Assembly: GCA_965263035.1 (NCBI GenBank)
Contig: OZ253580.1
Span: 1,888,001-1,952,000 of the forward strand
Source: Acidobacteriota bacterium
Lineage (GTDB): Bacteria; Acidobacteriota; UBA6911; RPQK01; JAJDTT01
Length of the DNA: 64,000 nt
Direction: 5' to 3'
The translations under genes and the position numbers were made by a program. Below are positions 1 to 10,177 of the stretch, in pieces. How positions within the stretch are numbered: the stretch's first letter is position 1; every line of letters starts with the position of its first letter. The notes under the pieces are model-generated. The model was not told the origin of the DNA, ran no database searches, and saw nothing but the letters and a program-made list of their open reading frames with translations.

Positions 1-70
1 GGCTCGGCACTGAAATGTTGTGTGAACCTTCACAGTATATATGTTAATACATCTGCATGACGATCCATCA

Positions 71-89
71 AGTTAGATATATAAGCCCC
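71..89 (-). mobile_element. Terminal inverted repeat of an IS1595-like element extending left of the window
   Basis: Reverse complement GGGGCTTATATATCTAACT is 17/19 identical to the TIR at 58003-58021. It abuts a 5'-truncated sulP frame, and CTTCTTTT (90-97) is the candidate target duplication. Confidence 0.7.
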
Positions 90-90
90 C

Positions 91-468
91 TTCTTTTCCC
101 TTCCTAAGGGACCGTCCGGATCGGACCCCTATTTGGCTCGAGTCGGTCTGTTGGCGCTCAAGGGCAGCTTTACTGTCGCCTCCTCCAACCGATTGGCCCG
201 CGCGATCAGCGCCGACATCAAGGATCACGATGTCGTCATTTTCGACTTCTCTCAGGCCACGTACTTCGACGACAGCGCGGCCATGGTGATCAAGAAGCTG
301 ATGGACATCGCTCGGGAAGAACAGACTGGGCTAATCGTGATGGGCCTCTCCGGCTCGGTTGCGAAAACCCTTCAGGCCCTCGCCGTCTTACGGGAGGTGC
401 CGGAGAGTCGAGTCGTTTCGACGCTGGACGAGGCGCGGCAGGCGGCAAAAGATCTCCTCGGCGGTTGA
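91..468 (+). pseudogene. 3' remnant (STAS domain) of a SulP-family anion transporter
   Basis: Frame reads FFSLPKGPSGSDPYLARVGLLALKGSFTVASS...VIFDFSQATYFDDSA, a STAS motif. No transmembrane part is present; the frame starts at the TIR. Confidence 0.7.
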
Positions 469-506
469 CGCCAGCGAGTTCGTCTTGGACAGCCGGCGCG
501 TGCTAG

Positions 507-665
507 GAGCCTGCGCCGCAGAAATTGATCTACTGCGAAAGCGGTAGAATCGATCCATATTTCCTCGATTTCTCGGCGAATAGAACAACTATGCACCTCA
601 AAATCGAGAAAATCCGGCCTCGATTCCCCACTTTCTCGCTACGATCATTTCTACCGCGCAGACTC
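507..665 (+). mobile_element. MITE copy 1 (~159 bp)
   Basis: TIRs GAGCCTGCGC/GCGCAGACTC, flanked by CTAG at 503-506 and 666-669; five near-identical copies in the window. Confidence 0.9.
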
Positions 666-1091
666 CTAGAGGGGCCAATCCCGGAGCAGCCGCTCGGTTT
701 CTTCCGAGTGCGTCGTTTCGTCGCGCACGATGTCTTCGAGCTGGACCACCAATCCCTTGTCACCCAACTCTTCCGCCTGTCGGGCCCGCTCCGTATAGTC
801 CCGCGTCGCCTTCTGTTCGGCAACCAGGACCTGTTCGACCATCTCCTTGTTCGTGGCAGCCGCCGGAACCGGCCGGGGCACCGTGGCCGGCTCGCCGCCC
901 AGGGCCACGATCTTGTTCGCCAGGTACTGCGCATGCAGCTGCTCGTCGGCCACTTCACCGAGAAAGAACTGAGACAACTGCGGCCTGTAGGGACCCGTCG
1001 TCTTGGCGGCGTAGGTCAGATATTGGATGATCGCACCCAGTTCTCCGGCCAAGTCTTCATTCAGATTCTCGATCATCTCCTGCTTGGTCAT
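666..1091 (-). CDS. Ferritin-like / bacterioferritin-like protein
   Basis: 141 aa four-helix pattern with E-x-x-H motifs (DEQLH, DETTH), ELGAIIQY and IVALGGEP. Confidence 0.85.
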   Translation of the reverse strand: MTKQEMIENLNEDLAGELGAIIQYLTYAAKTTGPYRPQLSQFFLGEVADEQLHAQYLANKIVALGGEPATVPRPVPAAATNKEMVEQVLVAEQKATRDYTERARQAEELGDKGLVVQLEDIVRDETTHSEETERLLRDWPL

Positions 1092-1441
1092 GTTCCGCTC
1101 CCTTCCTGCCTCTTTGACTGGTCGTCGCTCTATTCATGATACATCCGTGGTCGCCGACCTTGAGGCGGTCCGGATTTTCCCACTTTTTTCGGGGCGTCAG
1201 TCGAAAGCCGCCGCAGTGCTCGCCCCGGTCTCGTGTTCCGCGACGTGATTGCAGGCGATGCCTGCTGCACCCTCAGGTGCCGATGGCGTGGCTGGTGTAT
1301 CTTTAACTCTCCCGCGGAAGCGGATCGAAGGTAGCGTTGGAGGCTGAATTCGCAGCTCGGTCGAATCGATGCTGTTCGATGGAACGGGTATTTCAGGCGG
1401 GAGCCAATGCCGCGTCCTGCCGCAGTTGGAAAGGTTTTGAC

Positions 1442-2224
1442 ATGCGTGACAAACCAGAATCGGTTCCTATGGTCGTCGATCTCGAAGGGAGGACGGCGGT
1501 CGTCACCGGCGGCGGCACGGGCATCGGGCGGGCAGTTTCTATCGGTCTCGCCCGCTGCGGTGCATCGGTGGTGGTCAATTTCAGCCGAAGCACGCGGGAG
1601 GCCGAAGAAACCGTAGAGGAGGTCCGGCGAGCGGGCGGCCAGGCGATCGCCGTGCGGGCGGACGTGACCGACGAGCAGCAGGTGGCGGATCTCATGACCG
1701 CCGCCGTGGAGAGATTCGGCGGCCTGGACATCCTGGTGGCCAACGCCGGAGCTCCCGGTCAAGGCCGTCTGACCAGCGAACTGACCGAGGAACAATGGGA
1801 GCATGATCTGGCCACCAACTGCCGGAGCGCCTTCTTCTGCGTCAAGCACGCCATGGCCCATCTGCCCGACGGGCGCGGCCGCATCATCCTCACCGGGTCC
1901 ATGAGCGCCCGCACCGGCGCCACGCCGGGCGCCCTGACCTACGTCGCCTCCAAGGCCGCCCTCGAAGGCATGACCCGCAACTGGGCCCAGGAATTCGGAC
2001 CTCGCGGCATTACCGTCAACACCATCGCACCCGGCATCGTCCGCACCCGCCTCCATGCCCGGGCCTCCGCGGAACGCTACCAGTACCTGATCGGGCGAAT
2101 TCCGCTGGGGCGCGACGGACAACCTGAGGATTGCGTCGGCGCTTTTCTGTTGCTGGCCGGAGACGACGGAGCCTTCATCACGGGGCAGGTCATCGAGGTG
2201 GGCGGCGGAATGCTGGCTTCGTGA
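1442..2224 (+). CDS. SDR family oxidoreductase
   Basis: TGGGTGIG, NAG and YVASK motifs; start trimmed to ATG 1442. Confidence 0.9.
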   Translation: MRDKPESVPMVVDLEGRTAVVTGGGTGIGRAVSIGLARCGASVVVNFSRSTREAEETVEEVRRAGGQAIAVRADVTDEQQVADLMTAAVERFGGLDILVANAGAPGQGRLTSELTEEQWEHDLATNCRSAFFCVKHAMAHLPDGRGRIILTGSMSARTGATPGALTYVASKAALEGMTRNWAQEFGPRGITVNTIAPGIVRTRLHARASAERYQYLIGRIPLGRDGQPEDCVGAFLLLAGDDGAFITGQVIEVGGGMLAS

Positions 2225-2365
2225 CCGGACCGGACCTCGTCCAGCCATTCCGACGAAGGTGGAAGGGGTGCGCATCGCGCGGGCGGTGAAACCCAGGTTG
2301 CGGCGGAACCTGAGAAAGGAGTCCTGCCCGGAGCCCCGGCCACCTTCGCCGGGCGCCGACGCACC

Positions 2366-3436
2366 TCACCGCTGGGAGCGGATCAGCAGGTAAAGAAAAG
2401 TGGGGCCTCCCAGCAGGGCGGTCAGGACGCCCACCGGAAGCTCCACACCCCCGATGAGCCTGGACCGCACCAGGCAGTCACAGACCAGCAGGAACCCGCC
2501 CCCCACCAGCAGCGAAGCCGCCATCACGATTCGCTGGTCCGTTCCCACCAGGCGGCGGACCATGTGCGGCACGATCAGCCCCACGAAACCGATGGGCCCC
2601 ACTGCCGAAACGATTCCGGCGATGGCCAGGGAGCCGAACGCGAAGACCAGGATCCGGACCCGCCGGACGGAGACGCCTCGTCCCGCCGCGTAGTCATCTC
2701 CCAGCGCCAGGGGGTTGAGCTGGTGCGACAGCCAGACGATCACCGCCACGCCCGGCAGAACAAACGGGAGAATGCTCCAGAGGTCGCTCCAGACGTAAAG
2801 GGAGTTCAGGCTTCCCATCAGCCAGTGATCCAACACATGCAGGTCATAGGGATTGGCGGCCTGATGACGCATCAACAGGATGAGGGCGCCACAGATCAGG
2901 TTCACCGTGACTCCGGCCAGCAACAGGGTCGCCATGCTGAGGCGTCCGGCCAGTCGGGCGATGCCGTAGATCAGGACGATGTCCAGGACCGCCGCCAGAT
3001 AGGCGGCCACCTGAATCGGGGAGAAGGGCCCCCAGGCGAGCCCCGACCCGAATCCGATGACGGCGCAGAAGGCGCCGACGGCGGCCGCCGTGGAGATTCC
3101 CAGAGTCGACGGCGCCACCAGGGGATTGCGCAGGATCGCCTGCAGCGCCGCCCCGATGACCGCCAGTCCGGCTCCCGCAACGACACCCATCCAGGAGCGG
3201 AGAATCCGATTGGAGACGATGCTGCGCAGGACCTGATTCTGATCCCGGTCGGGCAGATCATCCGGCAAGGGGGCCATGAAGCCGTGCCGGAAAATCAGTC
3301 CCAATCCCGACTGCGTATCGACCTCTTCGGCTCCGAAAAACGGGGAGACCACGAGAGCCGTGACCAGAAAAAGGGAGCACAACCCCACGGTTCTCCAGAC
3401 TTGGACCCTGCGGCCGATGGCCACACCACTATTCAT
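2366..3436 (-). CDS. FecCD/BtuC-family ABC permease
   Basis: LQAILRNPL, GPIGFVGLIVPH and ELPVGVLTALLGGP motifs; lies in a B12 riboswitch operon. Confidence 0.9.
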   Translation of the reverse strand: MNSGVAIGRRVQVWRTVGLCSLFLVTALVVSPFFGAEEVDTQSGLGLIFRHGFMAPLPDDLPDRDQNQVLRSIVSNRILRSWMGVVAGAGLAVIGAALQAILRNPLVAPSTLGISTAAAVGAFCAVIGFGSGLAWGPFSPIQVAAYLAAVLDIVLIYGIARLAGRLSMATLLLAGVTVNLICGALILLMRHQAANPYDLHVLDHWLMGSLNSLYVWSDLWSILPFVLPGVAVIVWLSHQLNPLALGDDYAAGRGVSVRRVRILVFAFGSLAIAGIVSAVGPIGFVGLIVPHMVRRLVGTDQRIVMAASLLVGGGFLLVCDCLVRSRLIGGVELPVGVLTALLGGPTFLYLLIRSQR

Positions 3437-4290
3437 CTCTGGCTCTCCGGGAGCTCTCGGAACTGGAAGCCCGGCAGCACCACGGGAAGTCCGCTTCGCG
3501 TATCCCGGGTGACGTCGACGTCGCTTCCGTAGGATTCCGCCACCAGGGCCTGGGTCAACACCTGTTCGGGTCTGCCCCGGGCCCGGATCCTTCGGTCCGA
3601 GAGCAGATAGATGACGTCGGCGAATCGTGAGGCCAGATTCAGGTCGTGGGTGATGCAGAGAATGCCTCTGCCGGCTCGGGCCAATCGCCGGAGCCGTTGC
3701 GAAAAGGTCGCCAGATGGTGGACGTCCAGCCCCTTCCCCGGTTCGTCCAGCAGCAAAAGCGAGCTTTGCTGGGCCAGGATCCCGGCCAGGAGAACCGCTT
3801 GCTGCTCGCCGCCGCTGAGCGATTCGAACACCCGATTCCTCAGGTCCGCCACTCCCATCCGTTCCAGCGCCTGGCCCACGATCTCCCGGTCCTGCTCACC
3901 GGGGAGAGTCCACCATCGCTGGTGGGGAAAGCGGCCCAGAAGAACCACCTCCTGCACGGTGTACCCGTCGGGAGGCAGAACCTCCTGAGGAAGATAGGCG
4001 ACGGTCCGGGCCCGGCCCACGGGGGACATGCCGGCCAGGTCCTGCAGCCGTCCTTCAGTCCCGGACCGAAGGTGCACGGTCCCCGTCGTCGGCTGCAACA
4101 GACCGGCCAGGATCTTCATCAGGGTGCTCTTGCCGGCCCCGTTGGGACCGATGAGCATGGTGAGCGATCCCGGCTCGACCGACAGCTGCACGTCCTCCAG
4201 CAACGATTGCTGCCCTGCGTAACGGAACGCCACTCCCTGAGCCGTCAGCGAAATTGAATCGTCCAGCGTTTCCCCCTCCTCTTTCCTCAC
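3433..4290 (-). CDS. ABC ATPase (BtuD/FecE-like)
   Basis: GPNGAGKS, LSGGE, LLLDEP and THD motifs. Confidence 0.9.
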   Translation of the reverse strand: MRKEEGETLDDSISLTAQGVAFRYAGQQSLLEDVQLSVEPGSLTMLIGPNGAGKSTLMKILAGLLQPTTGTVHLRSGTEGRLQDLAGMSPVGRARTVAYLPQEVLPPDGYTVQEVVLLGRFPHQRWWTLPGEQDREIVGQALERMGVADLRNRVFESLSGGEQQAVLLAGILAQQSSLLLLDEPGKGLDVHHLATFSQRLRRLARAGRGILCITHDLNLASRFADVIYLLSDRRIRARGRPEQVLTQALVAESYGSDVDVTRDTRSGLPVVLPGFQFRELPESQR

Positions 4291-5189
4291 TCTTCACCGC
4301 CATGGATGGCCCGGGCGATGAGCCGGGCGGCCTGGGGCAGGCGTGGCCCCGAACGCATGAGGAAGCTTCCATTCAACACCCGGACCCGTCCGTTTCGTAC
4401 CGCCGGCAACGTGGGGTGCATCCGCCACTCCTCCAGGAACCCGTTTCGCACGTCCGCCGGAAGTTGGTCCCGGGAATCCAGCACCAGGATGACCTGAGGC
4501 CGGCGCACCAGAATCGTCTCCAGGCTCACCATGGGCCATGGCTGTTCCACGTCGGCGGTAATGGAGCGGGCGCCCGCCAGCTCCACCAATTCGGTCAGGA
4601 AGGAACCCTTCCCCGCGGAGAACACCTGGTGGCTCTTGCTGCCCATCACCAGCAGGACGTCGAGACGAGGCCGTCCGGCATACCGTTCCCGGATCTCCTC
4701 CAACTCTCGCCTCAGCCGCGTGGCCACGAGCTCTCCGGCCCGGAAATCTCCCAACGCATCCGCCAACAGGACAGGAGCTTGGAGCACATCCCGGACCGAT
4801 GTCGATTCCAGGGCCAGAAAACGAATCTGCTGCCGGCGCGCGATGCGCTCCAGCTTGAACCCCTTCCCCAGCGCCACGATCAGATCCGGCCGGAGGGCAA
4901 GGATCTTCTCCACGTTCGGCTCGACGGCGGTCCCGGCCACGGGCAGCCGGACGGCCTCGGCGGGGTGATCGCAGTGGGGCGACACCCCCACGATCCGGTC
5001 CTGCAGATCCATGGCAAACAGGAATTCCACGATGCTGGGACCGTAGGCGATGACCCGCCGAACCTCAGCTTCCGGTTCCGAAGCGGGAGACGCCCCGCCC
5101 GGACGACCGGATCGTTGTTCCTGGCATCCCGCCAGCAGGAGAACCGGCAAGAGAATCCGCAGGGCCCGCTCGACTCGATTCGTCTGCAC
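4287..5189 (-). CDS. Cobalamin/metal-chelate binding lipoprotein (BtuF-like)
   Basis: Lipobox LLAGC; PNVEKILALRPDL and PAVRNGRV motifs. Confidence 0.88.
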   Translation of the reverse strand: MQTNRVERALRILLPVLLLAGCQEQRSGRPGGASPASEPEAEVRRVIAYGPSIVEFLFAMDLQDRIVGVSPHCDHPAEAVRLPVAGTAVEPNVEKILALRPDLIVALGKGFKLERIARRQQIRFLALESTSVRDVLQAPVLLADALGDFRAGELVATRLRRELEEIRERYAGRPRLDVLLVMGSKSHQVFSAGKGSFLTELVELAGARSITADVEQPWPMVSLETILVRRPQVILVLDSRDQLPADVRNGFLEEWRMHPTLPAVRNGRVRVLNGSFLMRSGPRLPQAARLIARAIHGGEE

Positions 5190-5250
5190 TTCTCAAGTCC
5201 ACCCGCCCTCGGCTCTCCGCAGAACTCTTCGCCTGGATTCTCACGAACTG

Positions 5251-7287
5251 CTAGAGGATCGGCAGCCGGATACCGACTCTGGCGTTGAATTTCGGAGAAG
5301 GATAGAAGGCCCGTTCCGCCGGAAAGCCGCCCAGAACACCGTACTCCGAATACTCGTGGCTCATGATGTTGTTGAAATCCGCGAACAGAGTAAAGCGGTC
5401 CCAGCGGTAGCTGATCCTCGAATTGAGCAGAAAGTATCCGTCGTGCTTCCCGAAGCGGTTGCTCCAGTCGCTGTGAAAGTACCTGGCGCCGACGTAGGTT
5501 CCGTTGATGCTGGCGGTCAACCTGGGGGAGAACTGCGCGAACAACTCGGCCGCCAGCTTGTGCGCGGCCACACCGGGAACCTGACGGCCCGCATACTGGC
5601 CGTCCTTGACCCGCGTCCGCACGACGCTGTAGTTGCCTCTCAGCGTTGCGATGCCGCGACTGATGCCGGTGGAGAACTCCAGTCCACGTCTTCGAGTCCG
5701 GTCCTCGAAGTTCTCGTTGGCGCCGAATCCGAACGCTCCTCCGGCAGGATTGTAGAAGATCTCCCGGTCGGCATCGATCTGGAAGAAGTTCAACTCCCCG
5801 AAGAAACTGCCGCCGAAATAGTGTCGCAAGCCCGTCTCCAGCCCGGCGGACGTCTGGGGAGTGATGCCGCTGTCGATGGTGTTGGTGAAGAAATTGAACA
5901 TCTCGTTCAGGACCGGGTACCGGAAGCTTCCGGAATAGCTGGCGTAGACGTACGTGTCGGGATTGAACCCGTAGTTGATTCCCGTCGTGAAGACGTTCCG
6001 ATCGTAGCTGGTCTGGTCGGACGTACTGGGCGCGAATCGAAAGTTGGCCCGGTCGTAGCGATAACCGGCCGACAGCGCCAGACTCTCCAACGGATAGAAC
6101 TCGTCATGGAGGTAGAATCCCTGATTCACTTTTTCGAGCTGAAACGAGTTGGTGGACTCGAAGCCTCCGAAATCGGACGTGTTCGCGATGTCCTCGGCCG
6201 CCTTGATCCAGTCGAATCCGATGCTCAGGTTGTTGGCGAGGCTGCCGATCCGCTCTCGTACCACCACTCGTGGGGACAGAGCCAGAGTGTCGGTCTGGGT
6301 CATCCCCTCGAAGGTCCCGCCGGAGAAGCGGCTGAAGAACGAGGACTCTCGTCTCCTGGCGGAGAAATCCAAGGTCAGGGAGCTCTGGCTCAAGAAGTTG
6401 ATTGTCGGCTGGAGCAGGACGTAGGTGTCATCGGTGTCGGCGAAGTCGGCCGGATTCAAGGTGTCCGTCCGGGCAGCTCCCGATTGGAACTGGCTCTCCC
6501 GGATCGCTCCGGGCAATCCAACGTCGTCGGTGTGGAAACCGCCGCTCACATCCAACCTTCCGAGATCGCCCAGGTTGAAGCCCAAACTGCCGCCCAGGTC
6601 TCCACCCTGAATATCGCTGTTGTCCCGATAGCCCTCGGACTGGAAATAGCTCCCGGAAGCGCCGTACGAAACACCATCCCAGGAGCCGCTGACTTGGCCA
6701 CTGGGACGTAGACTCTCGTAGCTGCCGCCCGACATCTCCAGCTCGAGGCGGATCGGGCCTTCTTCCCGGGTGATGATGTTGATCACTCCAGCACCGGCGT
6801 TGTCCCCGTAGAGAACGCTTCCCCGCCCCCCGCGCGTGACCTCGATCCGTTTGACCCTGTCCAATGGGATCTGGAGCCAGTCGACCGCGGTGGAAGCCGG
6901 CAGATTCACTCTACGCCCATCCACAAGGACCAGAGTATTGCTTCCGGCCGTTTCGCCGAATCCCCGGAGATCGACCGAGTAGTGGCGGCGGTTTCCCGTG
7001 ATGTCGGTAACCTGGACGTTGACCAGGGTTCGGAGCAGACCGGGAATATCGACGGCCGTGGATGCGGCAATGTCCTCTTGCGTGATCACCGTCACGTTCG
7101 CGGGAACCCGGACCGACTTCTCCCGATAGCGGCTCGCCGTCACGGTGACCTGCTCCGTCGTGGGCAGGCGCACCGGAGCAGTCTTGTCTTGGGCCGTCAC
7201 CAGTCCGATCAAAAAGCCGAACAGGCTGAGCCCGAATGCGAACCTGCGGGGCAGGTCCCGTGTTGTCAACAAGCAATCCTTATGCAT
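5251..7287 (-). CDS. TonB-dependent receptor, probably for cobalamin (BtuB-like)
   Basis: Signal peptide, TonB box EQVTVTASR, plug motifs LVLVDGRR and RIEVTRGG..LYG; downstream of a B12 riboswitch. Confidence 0.88.
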   Translation of the reverse strand: MHKDCLLTTRDLPRRFAFGLSLFGFLIGLVTAQDKTAPVRLPTTEQVTVTASRYREKSVRVPANVTVITQEDIAASTAVDIPGLLRTLVNVQVTDITGNRRHYSVDLRGFGETAGSNTLVLVDGRRVNLPASTAVDWLQIPLDRVKRIEVTRGGRGSVLYGDNAGAGVINIITREEGPIRLELEMSGGSYESLRPSGQVSGSWDGVSYGASGSYFQSEGYRDNSDIQGGDLGGSLGFNLGDLGRLDVSGGFHTDDVGLPGAIRESQFQSGAARTDTLNPADFADTDDTYVLLQPTINFLSQSSLTLDFSARRRESSFFSRFSGGTFEGMTQTDTLALSPRVVVRERIGSLANNLSIGFDWIKAAEDIANTSDFGGFESTNSFQLEKVNQGFYLHDEFYPLESLALSAGYRYDRANFRFAPSTSDQTSYDRNVFTTGINYGFNPDTYVYASYSGSFRYPVLNEMFNFFTNTIDSGITPQTSAGLETGLRHYFGGSFFGELNFFQIDADREIFYNPAGGAFGFGANENFEDRTRRRGLEFSTGISRGIATLRGNYSVVRTRVKDGQYAGRQVPGVAAHKLAAELFAQFSPRLTASINGTYVGARYFHSDWSNRFGKHDGYFLLNSRISYRWDRFTLFADFNNIMSHEYSEYGVLGGFPAERAFYPSPKFNARVGIRLPIL

Positions 7288-7559
7288 CGCGTTTCCCTCA
7301 CGTCCGCCAGGATCGCCGGGCAGGGCCAGTTGCCGTCCGGTAGAGGTTGGGGCTCGACGGCCGCAAGCCGGAGGCGGCCCAGGCTGGACTCGGAATCAAA
7401 CAACGTTGGGGCCGGCGATCCCGCGCACTTCGCGCCACTCTGGACCGATATGCGCACTGCGGGACAGCGGCCGGAAGAATGATCCCGAGGACGTCAGGAT
7501 GAATTGGGATTCATGAACACCTCCTGCCTCCCCGTCGGAAGCACCTAGAGGTCATGATC

Positions 7560-7720
7560 GGGCCGGTCTCCTGGCTTGCAGCGGTCACCTCACGCCTTCC
7601 CATCCCCTGCGGCGGGACAGTGGCCCAATGTGGGTTCCCTTGCTGCTCACAGTTGCGAGGGCAGCGCCGGATTCTCACCGGTCTTCCCGTGCACCCAACC
7701 ACGACAGGTTTGGTAACGAT
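7560..7720 (-). ncRNA. Cobalamin riboswitch 1
   Basis: Minus strand carries GGGAA-CCGGTGAGAATCCGG-CTGCCC-CGCAACTGT, GCCACTG...GGGAAGGC and the B12 box AGCCAGGAGACCGGCC. Boundaries are approximate. Confidence 0.92.
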
Positions 7721-7782
7721 GGACCAAGCACGATAGGGCGTCGTCGCATTGTCTGTCAAAAAACGATTCCACCTCTCAATTC

Positions 7783-8715
7783 TCATTTATCGCCCGCCCA
7801 GTACGTCCAACCGCTGCCCTGGTGGCCAAAATTGAAAAGCTCGGGATGCAGGATCTCCGCCAGGATCTCGGCGGATTCCACGACGCGGGGTCCAGGGCGA
7901 TTGAAGTACTGGTTCCCGTCGGTCACGAACACGCGTCCGTTCCGGACTGCGGCCAGTTGCGGCCATCCTGGATGGTTCACCAGCGGCGGCATCTCGCGAC
8001 AGGTGCGTTCGATATCGAAGCCACACGGCAATATGGCGATCACGTCGGGGTCGGCTGCTGCGAGCTGCTCGAACTCAAAATAGCCGGAGTGTTTCCCGGC
8101 CTCCCCGAAGAGGTTCGTCCCCCCGGCACAGTCGACGAGCTCAGGCATCCAGTTGGCCGCGCTCATCAGAGGGTCGATCCACTCAATACAGGCAATGGAC
8201 GGACGGGTTCGCACGGATCCGGTCCGGGCCCGAATCGCTCCGAGCCGATCCATGAGACGAGTCACGAGATCGTCACCGCGTCCCGGGTCGCCAAGGGCTG
8301 AGGCCACCTTTCGGATGTCCTCCCAGACGTCGCTCAGGGACATGGGTTCCAGGGAGACGATAGCGGGCTGCGAAGTGACGAGTTCGCAAACCGCCTTTTC
8401 CACGTCTTTCAGACTCACGGCGCAGACTTCGCATTGGGTCTGCGTGATGACCACAGTCGGCGCCAGACGATTCAGGAGGTCGGGATCGACACGGTATACG
8501 GACAGCCCTTCGGAGACGATGGTTCGGACCTGGTCGTCGATAGCCCGACTGACGGCACCCACTTCGACCTTGGAACTCGAACAAGTCGGAAGCCGACAGA
8601 CGGAGGAAGGATAGTCACACTCGTGGGATCGGCCTACCAGCTCGTCCTCGAAGCCGAGCCCACATACGATCTCCGTCGCACTGGCAATAAGCGAGACGAT
8701 CCGATTCGACATCAC
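7783..8715 (-). CDS. Cobalamin-binding / TroA-like protein without an obvious signal peptide
   Basis: RIVSLIASATEI, GRSHECDYP, TQTQCEVCAV and YFNRPGPR motifs. Confidence 0.85.
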   Translation of the reverse strand: MMSNRIVSLIASATEIVCGLGFEDELVGRSHECDYPSSVCRLPTCSSSKVEVGAVSRAIDDQVRTIVSEGLSVYRVDPDLLNRLAPTVVITQTQCEVCAVSLKDVEKAVCELVTSQPAIVSLEPMSLSDVWEDIRKVASALGDPGRGDDLVTRLMDRLGAIRARTGSVRTRPSIACIEWIDPLMSAANWMPELVDCAGGTNLFGEAGKHSGYFEFEQLAAADPDVIAILPCGFDIERTCREMPPLVNHPGWPQLAAVRNGRVFVTDGNQYFNRPGPRVVESAEILAEILHPELFNFGHQGSGWTYWAGDK

Positions 8716-8721
8716 ACTTCG

Positions 8722-9327
8722 TCAAGCGCCAGGGGAGGCGAACGGGTATGCCCGGGCCGCCACCGGCTGTTTCAAGGCCACCCGGCTGAACAGCAGGGGG
8801 AGGAAGACGGCCATGCTGATCAACGTGTTCCGAAAATAGGGGATTCCTCTTACATAGCAGTCGGTGAGTCCGGCGAGCGTCTGCGGATAGAGTGTTCCTC
8901 CGCTGAATGCCCAGAGACCAAAATTGGTCACAAGGTAGAACCCCACCGACGAGATCAGTCCTGCAGCCGCCACCCGGGCCCATGACTGCTGGCCCCTCAG
9001 TGCCAAGCCCGTTGCGGCCACCAGGGCGACCGACAGATAGACCACCGGTTGAAACGAGTAGAACGCCCAATCGAACCGCCCGGTCAGCGCCCAGATGCCC
9101 AGGTCGCCGATCAGGTAAGTCGCAAAGGGGATCGCATAGACCATGATCTGCCGACCGTAGAAAGCCCCGCCGAAGATGCAGACCGGAAGAATCGGAGAGA
9201 AATTCCACGGGTAGGCGGTATTTTCGGGATCGATCGAGATTCCGAAATGAGAGAGTACGTAGGGCGCCAGCCGAGCGGCAAGGCCCAGGGCTAGGAGCGC
9301 CAGAATCAGGGAGAACCGAGGTTTCAT
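8722..9327 (-). CDS. DUF6580-like putative transport membrane protein
   Basis: Hydrophobic, with WNFSPI, FYLVTNFGLW and CYVRGIPYFRNTL motifs; start taken at MKPRF. Confidence 0.75.
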   Translation of the reverse strand: MKPRFSLILALLALGLAARLAPYVLSHFGISIDPENTAYPWNFSPILPVCIFGGAFYGRQIMVYAIPFATYLIGDLGIWALTGRFDWAFYSFQPVVYLSVALVAATGLALRGQQSWARVAAAGLISSVGFYLVTNFGLWAFSGGTLYPQTLAGLTDCYVRGIPYFRNTLISMAVFLPLLFSRVALKQPVAARAYPFASPGA

Positions 9328-10073
9328 CCATCTCCTCCTTTGGTTTGGGAGCATTGTGGCGCGTCCCCAGCACGGCGATCTGGAACGAGGTCGCAGAACG
9401 CGAAGTCGTCACGCTCGACGACTTCTCCCGGAGACATGCAAACGGACCGGCGGAAGATCGGTCCATTGAAAACGAAAGTATGAAACTCACCGTTCTCGCC
9501 GCACGGATCGACGCCGGCCGGGAGATCAGCCAGGAAAGCCGCATCCAGGACCGCCAGGTTCACGCAGACGATCACGGCCTCGAATCCATCCCTGATGAAC
9601 CGGCGTGCGAGCTTGCCGGTGTCCTGCTTCCAGAGCGGGAAGAAACACTTGAGATTCCAGGCCGCCAGCTGATTTTCGCGGTAGGTTCGAAGGTCTTCAA
9701 GAAAGATGTCGCCGAAGGCCACACGCCGTATCCCGGAAGCCTGCAAGCGAGCGAACGCATGCCCCATCTCCCGTTCGTAGACCGCGTTGGTGCAGACTCG
9801 CGGAACCGCGACTTCCGTCATGGGAATCCCGATGGCGCGGGACTGTTCCCTGAGAAGTGAGCGGCGGACACCGTGCATGCTGACCCGGTCGAAGTCGGCG
9901 TTGACCGTGGTCAAAAAGGACCTGACCACGTACCTTCGCGCGCGGTGGGTTTCCCACAAGGCGAGCGAGCTGTCCTTTCCCCCACTGAAGCACATGGCGA
10001 TGGCCTCGCCGTTCGTGTTCAGATTCGGGGCGCCTCTCGCTTCCGCTGATTGTTGCGATTGCACTCCGCTCAT
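9324..10073 (-). CDS. DUF71 / diphthine-ammonia-ligase-like ATP-binding protein
   Basis: PP-loop FSGGKDS, RVSMHGVR, FGDIFLED and DPCGENGEFHTFV motifs. Confidence 0.85.
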   Translation of the reverse strand: MSGVQSQQSAEARGAPNLNTNGEAIAMCFSGGKDSSLALWETHRARRYVVRSFLTTVNADFDRVSMHGVRRSLLREQSRAIGIPMTEVAVPRVCTNAVYEREMGHAFARLQASGIRRVAFGDIFLEDLRTYRENQLAAWNLKCFFPLWKQDTGKLARRFIRDGFEAVIVCVNLAVLDAAFLADLPAGVDPCGENGEFHTFVFNGPIFRRSVCMSPGEVVERDDFAFCDLVPDRRAGDAPQCSQTKGGDG

Positions 10074-10177
10074 GGTCCCTCGACCACGAACCGGATGTCC
10101 GACGAGGAGGAGGAAAGGCAGGCCGGCCCGGGCGACCCTATTCCCTCCCTCGAAGGTCCAGGTCCATGGAAATGACG

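Noticed and set aside
359-1139. ORFs starting MIYCESGRI, MFYSPRNRG or MHLQIEKI, or ending GACAAEIDLLRKR (also near 11.9, 16.1, 18.6 and 52.1 kb)
   Set aside because: These are translations of the MITE, not real genes.
7494-7496. Selenocysteine read-through of the in-frame TGA
   Set aside because: No recognisable selenoprotein motif and no convincing SECIS element.
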